A stretch of DNA of 64,000 bases from Acidilobaceae archaeon (lineage in GTDB: Archaea; Thermoproteota; Thermoprotei_A; Sulfolobales; Acidilobaceae): assembly GCA_038897215.1 (NCBI GenBank), contig JAWAWX010000001.1, positions 160,001 through 224,000 of the forward strand, in the 5' to 3' direction. The notes beneath the pieces were generated by a model that was given only the letters and a program-made list of their open reading frames with translations, was not told where the DNA came from and searched no databases. The position numbers and the translations under genes were made by a program. This document shows, one piece after another, positions 1 to 9,048 of this stretch; within the stretch, counting starts at the first letter, position 1; each line of letters starts with the position of its first letter.

Positions 1-167
1 TCCACGTTGTCCAGGTACGCTCTGTAAACCACTCTAGCGACTTCCCGCTCCTCTAGCGCAGCAGCTCTCCTGATGGCTTCCTCAACGTCTCCAGGTAGCT
101 TCACAGCAGTCTCCGCGACTAGCTCGAATAGAGCTCTCTCCAGGTCTCTAAACCCGCTCTCCGCCAT
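1..167 (-). CDS. Fe-S class I fumarate hydratase / tartrate dehydratase alpha subunit, N-terminus (runs off the window edge)
   Basis: Manual translation from ATG at 167 gives MAESGFRDLERALFELVAETAVKLPGDVEEAIRRAAALEEREVARVVYRAYLDNV, which fits the LPxDV...A...E...N pattern; directly downstream of the malic enzyme gene. Confidence 0.75.
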   Translation of the reverse strand, partial: MAESGFRDLERALFELVAETAVKLPGDVEEAIRRAAALEEREVARVVYRAYLDNV

Positions 168-1479
168 GCCCTACCGCCAGCCCCCTCGAGGAGAGAGCGG
201 CCGCGACTCTCCTGGGTCTCTCCACCAGCTCTCTTATCTCGCGCTCTAGCTCAGAGCGCGATAGCCTTCTTCTAGCAACCCCCTCCTCCAGCGCTCTCAC
301 AGCGACAGCCAGAGCCTCTCTCACGTAGGCCTCGCTCTCGAGCATAGAGGGGACTATCCTATTCTCCGAGAGCCCTGTCTCCTCAGTGTAGGCTGCTAGA
401 GCCTCAGCCGCGGCTATCACCATAGAGTCCGTTATCCTCGTGGCTCTCGCTGAAAGAGCTCCCCGGAAGACAGCGGGGAACCCGAGGCTGTTGTTGATCT
501 GGTTCGGTAAATCGCTCCTACCCGTGGCTACTACTCTAGCCCCGGCTTCTCTAGCCTCCCAAGGCCATATCTCGGGAGTGGGGTTTGCTAGAGCGAAGAC
601 TATGGCGTTGTCCGCCATCAGTCTAACCCACTCTTTCTTGACGACCCCGGGTCCCGGTCTCGAAGCCGCTATCAGGACGTCCGCTCCCCCGAACGCGTCC
701 TCCAGCCTCTCCTCCACCGGGTCCGTCTCAAGAGCCACTCTGTACTTCCAGGGGTTGCTTCGAGCCATCTCAGCCGCGTCCTCCCTGCTCGGTCTCAGTA
801 CTCCTCTCGAGTCGATGACCACGATCCTCTTGGGGCTGGCTCCGAGAGCCTTGAGGTACCTGTAGGTCCCGATGTTCGACGCCCCGGCTCCAAACAACAC
901 TATCTTAGATGAGGAGAGCTTCTTGCCGACCAGCTTTAGAGCGTTGAGTAGCCCCGCTATGACGACTAGAGCCGTCCCCTGCTGGTCGTCGTGCCATACC
1001 GGTATCCTGAGAGTCTTCTCGAGCTCCTCGAGGAGCCAGAAGCACTTCGGGGACTCTACGTCCTCTAGGTTGACACCCCCGAAGCTCGGCTCTAAGCTCT
1101 TGACTATGTAGGCTAGCCTGCCAGCGTCTCTCTCCCTCACCACGATGGGGATAGCATCCACTCCCCCTAGGAGCTTGAAGAGGAGAGCCTTACCCTCCAT
1201 AACCGGGAGAGCCGCCTCAGCCCCCACGTCGCCCAAGCCTAGTACGCGAGAGCCGTCGCTGACCACTGCTACAGTGTTCCATCTCCAAGTGAGCTCAAAG
1301 CTCTCATCGGGGTTCTCGAGGATCCTCCGAGCAGGCCCAGCCACCCCCGGGGTATACCAGAGAGAGAGGTCTCTGGGGGACTCCACGGGGACTCTGACTA
1401 GAACCTCTATCTTGCCAGCATAGGCTCTATGCGCTTCCACAGAGAGACTCTCCCAGTCAGCAACCCCGCCCAACAGCAC
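148..1479 (-). CDS. NAD(P)-dependent malic enzyme
   Basis: YTPGVA, VSDGSRVLGLG, PVMEGKALLF, NLEDV, HDDQQGT, GAGAS, FALANP and TGRSDLPNQINNSLGFP motifs. Confidence 0.95.
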   Translation of the reverse strand: MLLGGVADWESLSVEAHRAYAGKIEVLVRVPVESPRDLSLWYTPGVAGPARRILENPDESFELTWRWNTVAVVSDGSRVLGLGDVGAEAALPVMEGKALLFKLLGGVDAIPIVVRERDAGRLAYIVKSLEPSFGGVNLEDVESPKCFWLLEELEKTLRIPVWHDDQQGTALVVIAGLLNALKLVGKKLSSSKIVLFGAGASNIGTYRYLKALGASPKRIVVIDSRGVLRPSREDAAEMARSNPWKYRVALETDPVEERLEDAFGGADVLIAASRPGPGVVKKEWVRLMADNAIVFALANPTPEIWPWEAREAGARVVATGRSDLPNQINNSLGFPAVFRGALSARATRITDSMVIAAAEALAAYTEETGLSENRIVPSMLESEAYVREALAVAVRALEEGVARRRLSRSELEREIRELVERPRRVAAALSSRGLAVGHGGERV

Positions 1480-1628
1480 TCCAGCCTCCTCGAGATCGCC
1501 AAGGCGCTTGAGTGAAAGCTATAAGCGCGCTCCCCAACCCCCCAGCTTTCGAGATTGGTTAGACGGGGGTCTCACTCGGGCTCGCTGAGGTTAAGCTCTG
1601 GGAGAGCCTTGAAGACGAGGGGTCGAGC

Positions 1629-1871
1629 TTGGGGGAGAGGCTTGCTAGAAGCTTGAGCGTAGTCGTTGACGACCAGGTTAAGAGGATACTCTCGGATATA
1701 AGCTGGATAGAGTACAGGCTCTCAGTGCTCGGAGACAGCGAGGAGGACCAGATAGAGAGAAGGCTCTTGAGCATACTCAAGAACAGCCTGGTCAAAGACC
1801 TCGAGTCTCTCCTAGCGTTTAGAAACAACGGCTACAAGCTGTCTAGAGCAGAGGAGAGCATAGCTAGCTGA
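1629..1871 (+). CDS. small hypothetical protein
   Basis: 80-aa ORF with host-like codon usage; divergent from the malic enzyme gene; start uncertain. Confidence 0.5.
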   Translation: MGERLARSLSVVVDDQVKRILSDISWIEYRLSVLGDSEEDQIERRLLSILKNSLVKDLESLLAFRNNGYKLSRAEESIAS

Positions 1872-2026
1872 GCACGGCTCCTAGGCCGGAGCCAGTCTTC
1901 CAGCGGGCTTCTCTGAGCACTCAGGCTGTCCCGATAACCCGGGATAGCTCTCGAGACGGAGTGAGTAGAGAGTAATAGCGTAGACTTGAAAAAGCTACTA
2001 GCTGAGTAGATAGAACGCTCTTGTGT

Positions 2027-2040
2027 AAACGCTTATATAT
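2027..2040 (+). promoter_or_regulatory. BRE/TATA promoter
   Basis: AAACGCTTATATAT about 35 nt upstream of the 2076 ORF. Confidence 0.5.
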
Positions 2041-2075
2041 GTGTCGCTCCTAATACATCCTCGGGTGAGTTTCCC

Positions 2076-2468
2076 GTGCAGAGGCATAGAGAGGAAGATG
2101 TTGAGCTAGTGAGGAAGCTTAGAGAATCCATTATGAGCGAGTACGGCGGGCTCAAGAACGAGGTCGACATGGGAGACATATCGATAGTCACAGCTCTAGT
2201 AGACGAGGACATAGAGAAGCTAGTCCTCCTAGCTCTCAAGAAGGCGGAGAGGCCTCTGTCTTGGAGAGAGCTCAAGGCCGTCTTCGCCGGGATAGTTGGA
2301 GAAGACAGGCTGAGGAGGATCCTCGGGAGTCTCAAAGCTAGAAACATGGTTGCCGAACTCACTCACACAAGGTACTCTCTCCCAGAGTACGTGCCTTTAA
2401 GCGAGATAGGCAGGATAAAGAACCCCGGCATAATAAACAAAGTTCTCCAACTATCGAGAAGGAGATAG
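2076..2468 (+). CDS. winged-helix-like protein, putative DNA-binding
   Basis: LVLLALKKAERPLSWRELK..GEDRLRRILGSLKARNMVAE..RYSL resembles a wHTH; upstream TATA. Confidence 0.65.
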   Translation: MQRHREEDVELVRKLRESIMSEYGGLKNEVDMGDISIVTALVDEDIEKLVLLALKKAERPLSWRELKAVFAGIVGEDRLRRILGSLKARNMVAELTHTRYSLPEYVPLSEIGRIKNPGIINKVLQLSRRR

Positions 2469-2475
2469 CTGAGCC

Positions 2476-2631
2476 ATGGCTAGAGTCGTGGCTAGACGTG
2501 TAGGCAAGGATATAGTAGAGCTGAGAGGAGAAGGAGGGCTCGAGGCTGTAGTCGCTCTAGAGAACCTCTGTAGTACCGCTAAGAAGCTGAAGCTAGAGGT
2601 GGTCGACGAGAGCGGGAGAGCTCTCTGCTAG
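2476..2631 (+). CDS. small hypothetical protein (51 aa), below the ORF-track cutoff
   Basis: ATG 2476 gives MARVVARRVGKDIVELRGEGGLEAVVALENLCSTAKKLKLEVVDESGRALC*; fills the gap exactly and shares a CTAG stop with thiL. Confidence 0.55.
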   Translation: MARVVARRVGKDIVELRGEGGLEAVVALENLCSTAKKLKLEVVDESGRALC

Positions 2632-3557
2632 AACCACGCCCAGCCCTCTCGGGGAAGTAGCCTGCTCTCTAGGTAGACTCCTCTCCCCTCCTCTACTCTG
2701 CCCACGACTCCGCAGTACTCTACCCCCTCTCTCACGCAGGCTTCTAGGAGGCACTCGGCTGCTCTCGGGGAGGCTACTACGGCCATGTTGTAGTCTTCAG
2801 CGCTGTAGAGAAGCTCTTCTAGAGAGAGCCCCAGCTTCTCGGCTTCCACTGCCACCCTCTCGTCTACTAGAGCTCTCTCCAGCACTATCTTGACTCTACT
2901 AGCGTCTGATATAGAGTAGAGCGATGCAACCCACCCATCGCTGTTATCTGTGGACGCGCTCGCTCCACACTCTCCTATACTAGAGCCTAGAGCTATTGGG
3001 GGCCTAGGCCTCCTAGAGTACTCCACAGCTGCGGAGACCTCGCTCACGCTCACGCGACCGGATAGAGCTAGAGAGGCTAGGAGACCGTAGCCCAGAGCCC
3101 CCACTTGGACTAGGAGGTCTCCCGGTCTAGCTCCACTCCTGGAGACTGGTCTCTGAGCGCGGCCTACTACAGCTACGTCTATCCACCTGTCTCCCCTAGA
3201 GAGATTCGTGTCCGACTTGGCAACACGGACTCCAGCCCATCTCGCGGCATCCCCCACGCCCTCGGCTATCTCTCGAGCTTCGTCGGGCGACGCGACCCCG
3301 ATGCTGTAAGCTATAGCTAGAGGCTTGCCCCCAGCCGCGGCTACGTCGGCTATAGCGGCTACAGCGGCTTTCCAGCCCCAGTCGCTCCAGCTCATCCACG
3401 GTAGCTTGGAGGCTGAGGAAGCGTAGCCGTCTATGGTTATCAGGAGTCCGTCGAGCGGGGTCGCGTCCCACTCTAGGCTATCCTCGGAGCCGGATGCTCT
3501 AGCGAGCTCTCTCAGAAGCTCTAGCCAGCGCTCGTAGCTCAAGAGCTCAGAGCGCAC
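2628..3557 (-). CDS. thiL: thiamine-monophosphate kinase
   Basis: WGWKA..AAIADVAAAGGKP, SRSGARPGD, STDNSDG and SAEDY motifs (PurM/ThiL fold). Confidence 0.88.
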   Translation of the reverse strand: MRSELLSYERWLELLRELARASGSEDSLEWDATPLDGLLITIDGYASSASKLPWMSWSDWGWKAAVAAIADVAAAGGKPLAIAYSIGVASPDEAREIAEGVGDAARWAGVRVAKSDTNLSRGDRWIDVAVVGRAQRPVSRSGARPGDLLVQVGALGYGLLASLALSGRVSVSEVSAAVEYSRRPRPPIALGSSIGECGASASTDNSDGWVASLYSISDASRVKIVLERALVDERVAVEAEKLGLSLEELLYSAEDYNMAVVASPRAAECLLEACVREGVEYCGVVGRVEEGRGVYLESRLLPREGWAWF

Positions 3558-4761
3558 CCCCTGAGGCTATGAGCGCTGTCAGCCTCTCTATTTCCTTCTT
3601 CACGCTCAGCGGCAGGCCTGGAGCGTCTACGCTCATGAATCCTCTTATTATGATCGCTCTCGCCTCATCCTCCGAGAAGCCCTTGCTCATCAGATACTCT
3701 ATCTCCTCCTGGGCTATGACCCCTATGGCTGCCTCGTGGCTGAGCTTGCTCGTAGGGTCTCTCGACGTCACCACTGGTATCGATGATATCGTCCCCTTGG
3801 GGGAAGCCATGAGACCGAGGCACTCTATGTGCCCTGCTGTCTCAGGAGCGTTTCCGTGTATGTCTCCTCTAGCGTATATCGTGGACTCATCGAAAGCCAC
3901 TACTCTCGACACTAGCTCCGCTCTACTCTGCCTCCCGTTAAGCAACGCTACAGTACCCACGTCTAGGTGGGCTGTAGACCTGCCCGCTACGACCGAGACA
4001 GAGTATAGCTTAGCCCCCTCCCCTAGCTCTACTACTGGATTCGTCTGGATGGATGCTACGGGAGAGTAGATCATGTAGTAGCTCACGTACTCCCCGCCCT
4101 CCTCAACTCTCACTGCAGTCCTAGGCCTGACGTGGAGTCCTTCAGCCCATGAGTGTATCATGGAGAATGTCAGCCTAGCTCCTCTGCCCACGTAGTACTC
4201 GGATATGCCCACGTGGAGCCCTCCCTTGAGCCCGTGTGGTACAGCGCAACCGCTGACTACGTGAGCCTCGGCTCCATCGTCTACGTATATCACGTTGTGG
4301 ACTAGCTGAGCTCTCCTCTCAGTCTTTAGGACCAGGCAGGTGTAGAGAGGAGTGGGGACTCTGACCCCTTTCGGCACGTATATGAAGTAGCCGAGCTCTC
4401 CTCCCTGAAGGTAGGCTAGCGCTGTGTACTTGTCTGCATCGGGCTTCACGAGTCTCCACGCTAGCTCCCTAGCTAGGTCCGTCTTCTCTAGAGCTACTCT
4501 TAGAGGCATCACCTTGACTCCGTAGCGCTCTACAGCGGCTCTCATGAAGCCGTAGAGAGCTACCTGGTCTAGCTGCACGTAGTGAGACTTAGATGGTCTG
4601 ACTCCGACTCTGGACTCTATAGATGCGTCTATCCCTCTCGGTAGAGCCTCTGGAGAGCTCTCTACTCTAGGCTGGTCCACTATGTACTCCGACACGTCTA
4701 CATCGAGACCGTACGCGGCGGGCTTCTTGAGAGCAGCTAGAGCGCGCTCCCTCAAGCTCAT
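3547..4761 (-). CDS. sufB: SufB/SufD-family Fe-S scaffold (SmsB-like)
   Basis: AQLVHN, SGC, HVGISE, HSW, RPRT, GHIECLGL, LSHEAAIG and YLMSKGFSEDEA motifs. Confidence 0.9.
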   Translation of the reverse strand: MSLRERALAALKKPAAYGLDVDVSEYIVDQPRVESSPEALPRGIDASIESRVGVRPSKSHYVQLDQVALYGFMRAAVERYGVKVMPLRVALEKTDLARELAWRLVKPDADKYTALAYLQGGELGYFIYVPKGVRVPTPLYTCLVLKTERRAQLVHNVIYVDDGAEAHVVSGCAVPHGLKGGLHVGISEYYVGRGARLTFSMIHSWAEGLHVRPRTAVRVEEGGEYVSYYMIYSPVASIQTNPVVELGEGAKLYSVSVVAGRSTAHLDVGTVALLNGRQSRAELVSRVVAFDESTIYARGDIHGNAPETAGHIECLGLMASPKGTISSIPVVTSRDPTSKLSHEAAIGVIAQEEIEYLMSKGFSEDEARAIIIRGFMSVDAPGLPLSVKKEIERLTALIASGGAL

Positions 4762-5480
4762 AGCGCTACACCCAGCTTCCTGAGCCCCTCAGTGTAGCCC
4801 TCGGAGAGTATCAGGCTAGCTACATCCCTCCCGCCCGAGTAGACGATCCTCCCGCTCATCATCACGTGGACTTGAGAGACTTTAGACAGCCTCTCTATGA
4901 TCGCTCCTGAGTGCGTGACTAGGAGGACGCTTGTCTCCTTGCGGTCAACCATGTAGTTGAGAGCTTCAGCTATCAGCTTCAAGCTGTCAACATCTATCCC
5001 GCTATCGGGCTCGTCGAGGAGAGCCACCTTAGGCTTCTGGAGCATCGTGAGGTATAGCTCTAAGCGCTTCCGCTCACCCCCACTCAGCCCGTGGAAGAGG
5101 TACCTCTCCAGAAGCTCGTCTACTCTGAGCATCTTAGAGAGGAGAGTATAGTCGCTACAACCATACCTCTCTATGAGAGCCTTGGCTACATCGGAGGCTC
5201 TGACACCCTTTATCACCGGAGTGAACTGGTGAGCTAGAGCTATGCCTCTAGAAGCTCTCTCGCTTGGAGGAAGGCTCGAGACGTCCTCTCCCTCTAGCAC
5301 TATGCTACCTCCGCACAAGCTAACTCTGGGTAGCCCCATGATGGCAGCTAGCAGAGTCGACTTCCCCGCACCGTTAGGTCCGAGCACCACGTGGACCTCT
5401 CCTCTTCCGACTCTCAAATCGACCCCCTTCACTATCTCAGACCCCCCCACGCATACTCGCACACTCCTCAGCTCGAGCAA
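4758..5480 (-). CDS. sufC: SufC-type ABC ATPase (SmsC-like)
   Basis: GPNGAGKST, LSGGERKR, LLDEPDSGID and VTH motifs; overlaps the start of sufB. Confidence 0.9.
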   Translation of the reverse strand: MLELRSVRVCVGGSEIVKGVDLRVGRGEVHVVLGPNGAGKSTLLAAIMGLPRVSLCGGSIVLEGEDVSSLPPSERASRGIALAHQFTPVIKGVRASDVAKALIERYGCSDYTLLSKMLRVDELLERYLFHGLSGGERKRLELYLTMLQKPKVALLDEPDSGIDVDSLKLIAEALNYMVDRKETSVLLVTHSGAIIERLSKVSQVHVMMSGRIVYSGGRDVASLILSEGYTEGLRKLGVAL

Positions 5481-5615
5481 AGCTCTCTCGAGCCCCTCTC
5501 CTCTACTGAGAAACTGGAGCTATTTTTGAGCGAGTTAGGTAAACCGAGCTTTAGCCACAGCCTCCTCCACGCGCTCTCAGGGACTCCTATGGAGAGTAGT
5601 GTAGCCGGAGCTTTC

Positions 5616-5652
5616 TCCCTACGGCTTCCCTAGCCTTCCCTAAGCGCCCCTA
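5616..5652. repeat. four CCCTA direct repeats spaced 10-11 bp apart
   Basis: CCCTA copies end at 5621, 5632, 5642 and 5652 in the divergent intergenic region. Confidence 0.6.
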
Positions 5653-5693
5653 ATTAGAGGCCCTCCAGTCTAGTAGGAGAACGGTGCTGTGAG

Positions 5694-7211
5694 GTGCTCG
5701 GCGTGACCGGCTACTTGAGGAGTCTAGTGGTCTTCGCTCTAGTCTCGCTGATAGCTGCTTCTCTAGTGTTACCGCTAGCGAGCATTGCTAGAGCGGAGGC
5801 TCCAGAGGAGGGCTTCGAGGCTCTCGAGAGAGCTCTGAGAAGCCTTCAGGCTGCTCTAGAGAAGTCGCCTTCTCCCGAGGCTCAGAGAATCCGCGAGGCT
5901 CTCGAGAGAGCTCTGAGAGAGATAGAGGAGATCAAGGCGAGAGGAGGGAGTTTCGAAGAGGCTGTTAGAGCGGTAGCTAGAGAAATGGCTAGAGTCAGGA
6001 GCGAGCTGAGAGCAGTAGAGCTCGAGGAGGCTGCGAGAGTCCCGCCAGGACTCCTAGTGGCTATCGATGTGAGGCTGAGGATGGTAGAGGAGCTCAGAGG
6101 AGTAGTAGCCTACCTGGAGGAGCGCGGAGTAGAGGTAGACCCGAGAGTCCCGCAGCTCCTAGACGAGGCTGAGAGTAGAGCGCTAGACCTCAAGAGGAGG
6201 CTGGAGGCCGGGGAGGTCGCTGTCAGAGATGCTGCAAGAGAGCTGGGCGAGATATCTAGGCTGATAGCAGAGGCGAGAGTCCTCCTGGCTAAGAGCTCTA
6301 GAGAGTGGGCTAGGCTACAGCTAGAGAACGCTGCGGCTAGAGTAACAGCTAGAGTAGCGACTCAGCTGGGAGCAGGTCTGCTGAGGCTGGAAGAGCTCCC
6401 CGAAGACGAGATAAGGAGAGCTGCGGAGAGCATCGAGGAGGCAGTGACCTACAGGTGGATGATAGAGACTAGGCTTAGAGAGAGAGTCATGTACTGCGAT
6501 ATAGAGGCTCTACTGAAAGAGCTCGGGATAGACAAGCCGGAGCCCGGCTTCTTCGGCAGAGCTGTAGCCAAGCTAGCGCGCGAAGACCCCCAGAAGCTGA
6601 GAGAAGCTCTAGCTAAGCTCAAAGTCTGCCTCATAGGAACCATGGCTTCAACTGAGATAGAGAAAGTGCCCGGAGTAGGCCAGGAAGAGGCTAGAGCAGC
6701 CTTAGCTGTCGTAGCTCAGGTAGCCGAGATAGCTAAAGGCATCAGGGTAGAGCCACCGGCTCCGGTCACGCTCCCTATCCCCACAGCTAGAGGCACTGCT
6801 AGGCTAGAGCTCAGCGTAGCCCCCTACAAAACGTGGGTCAGACTAGAGCCCGCTAGGCCAGTAGCGGAGATCGAGCTTAGAGGGCAGACGGGGAGCGTCA
6901 CGCTCAACCTAGCTAAGCTAGTCGTCGAGAGGCAGACCACGATACAGGTAATCGTGGACACCTCGACTGTAGCAAGAGGGTCGGCAACGATCTCTCTCAA
7001 AATAACCCTAGAGGGTAGAGGCGGAGAGAAGATAGAGATACCAGTGCCGTGCGCGGCCTCCTCAGAGGCATGCTATAGAGTCCTCGTAATCATACCAGGG
7101 CACGATGTGCCCACGCTGATACAGAGAGGAGAGTACACAGTCACTGTCACCATCTACTGGAGCATAGCCTCGGGAGAGCCAGCTACTAGCATCAGCCTCC
7201 AGATAAGATAG
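5694..7211 (+). CDS. secreted hypothetical protein (helical N-terminal region, beta-rich C-terminal domain)
   Basis: Signal-peptide-like N-terminus ending ASIARA|E; E/R/A/L-rich helices; Pro linker EPPAPVTLPIP; V/T/I-rich C-terminus. Confidence 0.8.
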   Translation: MLGVTGYLRSLVVFALVSLIAASLVLPLASIARAEAPEEGFEALERALRSLQAALEKSPSPEAQRIREALERALREIEEIKARGGSFEEAVRAVAREMARVRSELRAVELEEAARVPPGLLVAIDVRLRMVEELRGVVAYLEERGVEVDPRVPQLLDEAESRALDLKRRLEAGEVAVRDAARELGEISRLIAEARVLLAKSSREWARLQLENAAARVTARVATQLGAGLLRLEELPEDEIRRAAESIEEAVTYRWMIETRLRERVMYCDIEALLKELGIDKPEPGFFGRAVAKLAREDPQKLREALAKLKVCLIGTMASTEIEKVPGVGQEEARAALAVVAQVAEIAKGIRVEPPAPVTLPIPTARGTARLELSVAPYKTWVRLEPARPVAEIELRGQTGSVTLNLAKLVVERQTTIQVIVDTSTVARGSATISLKITLEGRGGEKIEIPVPCAASSEACYRVLVIIPGHDVPTLIQRGEYTVTVTIYWSIASGEPATSISLQIR

Positions 7212-7404
7212 ACGCCGTTAGCGAGCCCCACTCTCTCCCCTTCCTCTCTCATCCTCTCTCTATCTCCACTCTCGAAGCTCTCTCCTGGGCTCTTGCGTAG
7301 TTGTGCTTACTCGGCTTGCTCGACTAGTGGCTCACTTATTAGGCTGAAGTCGTGGAGTAGGGGGTAGGGTTTAGCTCGCTCAGTCTTGAAGGGGGTCGCG
7401 GGGC

Positions 7405-9048
7405 TTGACTAGAGTTGATGCGGAGAAGTTTAGGGAGATGAGTGTAGCGGAGTTCTTCGCTAGGTACCGTGAGGTAGCGGGCTTCGCCAACCCTAGTAGA
7501 GCTCTCTACCAGACCATCAGGGAGCTCGTTGAGAACGCCTTGGACGCTACTGATTCGCACGGCATCCTGCCCGATGTCAAGATATATATCGATATAGTTA
7601 GCTCTAGCGATGAGAAGACTGTTTGCAGAGTCAGCGTTGAGGACAACGGGGTAGGGATACCTCCCAGCTTCCTCCCCGAGGCTTTCGGCAGAGTTCTCTT
7701 CAGCAGCAAGTACGTGCTGAAACAGGCTAGAGGCATGTACGGGATAGGGGTTAAGGCTGTAGTTCTATACTCTCAGGTCACCACTGGAGCCCCCTTCGAG
7801 GTCTACTCCTCGACTAGAGCATCGAGCTACGTATACATGAAGAAGCTCCAGATCGATATGAGGCGCAACCAGCCCATAGTGCTAGAGGAGGGTCAGTGGA
7901 GGAAGCCTGGCTCTTGGAACGGGACTCTAGCGTCTGCTCTGATTGAGTGCGACTGGCCTAGAGCTAGAGCTAGAGTACTCGAGTACCTCAGGAGGACTGC
8001 TATAATCGCTCCCTATGCTGAGATAACGCTGAAGACCCCCGAGGGCTACTACATCCACTTCCCCAGAACCACCTCTAAGCTCCCAAAGCAGCCAGTCGAG
8101 GTGAAGCCTCACCCTCACGGTGTAGACGTCGAGACACTGAAGCAGATGCTACTGAACACTAAGGCTAAGACTCTTCTCGAGTTCATGGTCGAGGAGTTCC
8201 AGAGCGTCGGGGAGACATCTGCTAGAAGGTTTCTAGAAAGCCTAGGCTTAGACCCCGAGGCTAGTCCTAGAGAGCTCCTAGAGGGAGAAACAGGGGTCAG
8301 CCTAGCGGTATTCGTGGATGCTCTGAAGAGCTTCAAGTTCAGGTCTCCTAGGAGCGATGCTCTCAGCCCTCTGGGAGAGAGCATAATAGAGATCGGGCTG
8401 AGCAGAATGTACTCACCCGAGTGGGTCGACGCTATATCGAGACCTCCGAGAGCATACCAAGGGCACCCCTTCGTGGTCGAAGCGGGCTTAGCGTACGGCG
8501 GCTCCATCCCTCCGAGCGATACGCCGATACTGCTGAGGTACGCTAACAAGATCCCCCTGATATACGAGGAGAAAGAGGACGTCGCCTACAAAGTCGTCAG
8601 CGAGATCAACTGGAGAAACTACGGCGTCGAGACCCCGGCTCCTCTAGTAGTCCTAGTCCACATAGCGAGCACCAAGATCCCCTACAAGGGTGTGGGTAAG
8701 GAGAGCATAAGCGAAGTGCCCGAGATAGAGTCGGAGATCAGGAGCTCTCTGCTAGAGCTCGCTAGAAGGCTGAGAGCATACATATCAGCCAAGGCTAGAG
8801 AAGCTGAGGCAATGAAGAGGATACTGGTGCTCTCGAAGTACATACCGGAGGTCTCCCGGAGCCTGGCCGTGATAGCATCACAGCAACTCACCGGCTCTCA
8901 AAGCCACGACTCGACGCTAGAGGAGAGGATAAGAGAGAAACTGATCAAGCTAGTAGCCGGGCACGTCACTTTACCCAAGAGCCTCAAGACGGGCAAGAGC
9001 GTAGAGGAGATTGTGAGAAGCGTGGTGGAGGGTGTGAGGATTGAGTGA
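7405..9048 (+). CDS. top6B: DNA topoisomerase VI subunit B
   Basis: ELVENALDA, EDNGVG, SSKY..QARGMYGIG, KPHPHG and RYANKIPL motifs. Confidence 0.97.
   Translation: MTRVDAEKFREMSVAEFFARYREVAGFANPSRALYQTIRELVENALDATDSHGILPDVKIYIDIVSSSDEKTVCRVSVEDNGVGIPPSFLPEAFGRVLFSSKYVLKQARGMYGIGVKAVVLYSQVTTGAPFEVYSSTRASSYVYMKKLQIDMRRNQPIVLEEGQWRKPGSWNGTLASALIECDWPRARARVLEYLRRTAIIAPYAEITLKTPEGYYIHFPRTTSKLPKQPVEVKPHPHGVDVETLKQMLLNTKAKTLLEFMVEEFQSVGETSARRFLESLGLDPEASPRELLEGETGVSLAVFVDALKSFKFRSPRSDALSPLGESIIEIGLSRMYSPEWVDAISRPPRAYQGHPFVVEAGLAYGGSIPPSDTPILLRYANKIPLIYEEKEDVAYKVVSEINWRNYGVETPAPLVVLVHIASTKIPYKGVGKESISEVPEIESEIRSSLLELARRLRAYISAKAREAEAMKRILVLSKYIPEVSRSLAVIASQQLTGSQSHDSTLEERIREKLIKLVAGHVTLPKSLKTGKSVEEIVRSVVEGVRIE

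Noticed and set aside
440-1423. many S/L-rich antisense ORFs, here and throughout the track
   Set aside because: They are shadow frames produced by the GAG/CTA/AGA codon bias of genes on the opposite strand.
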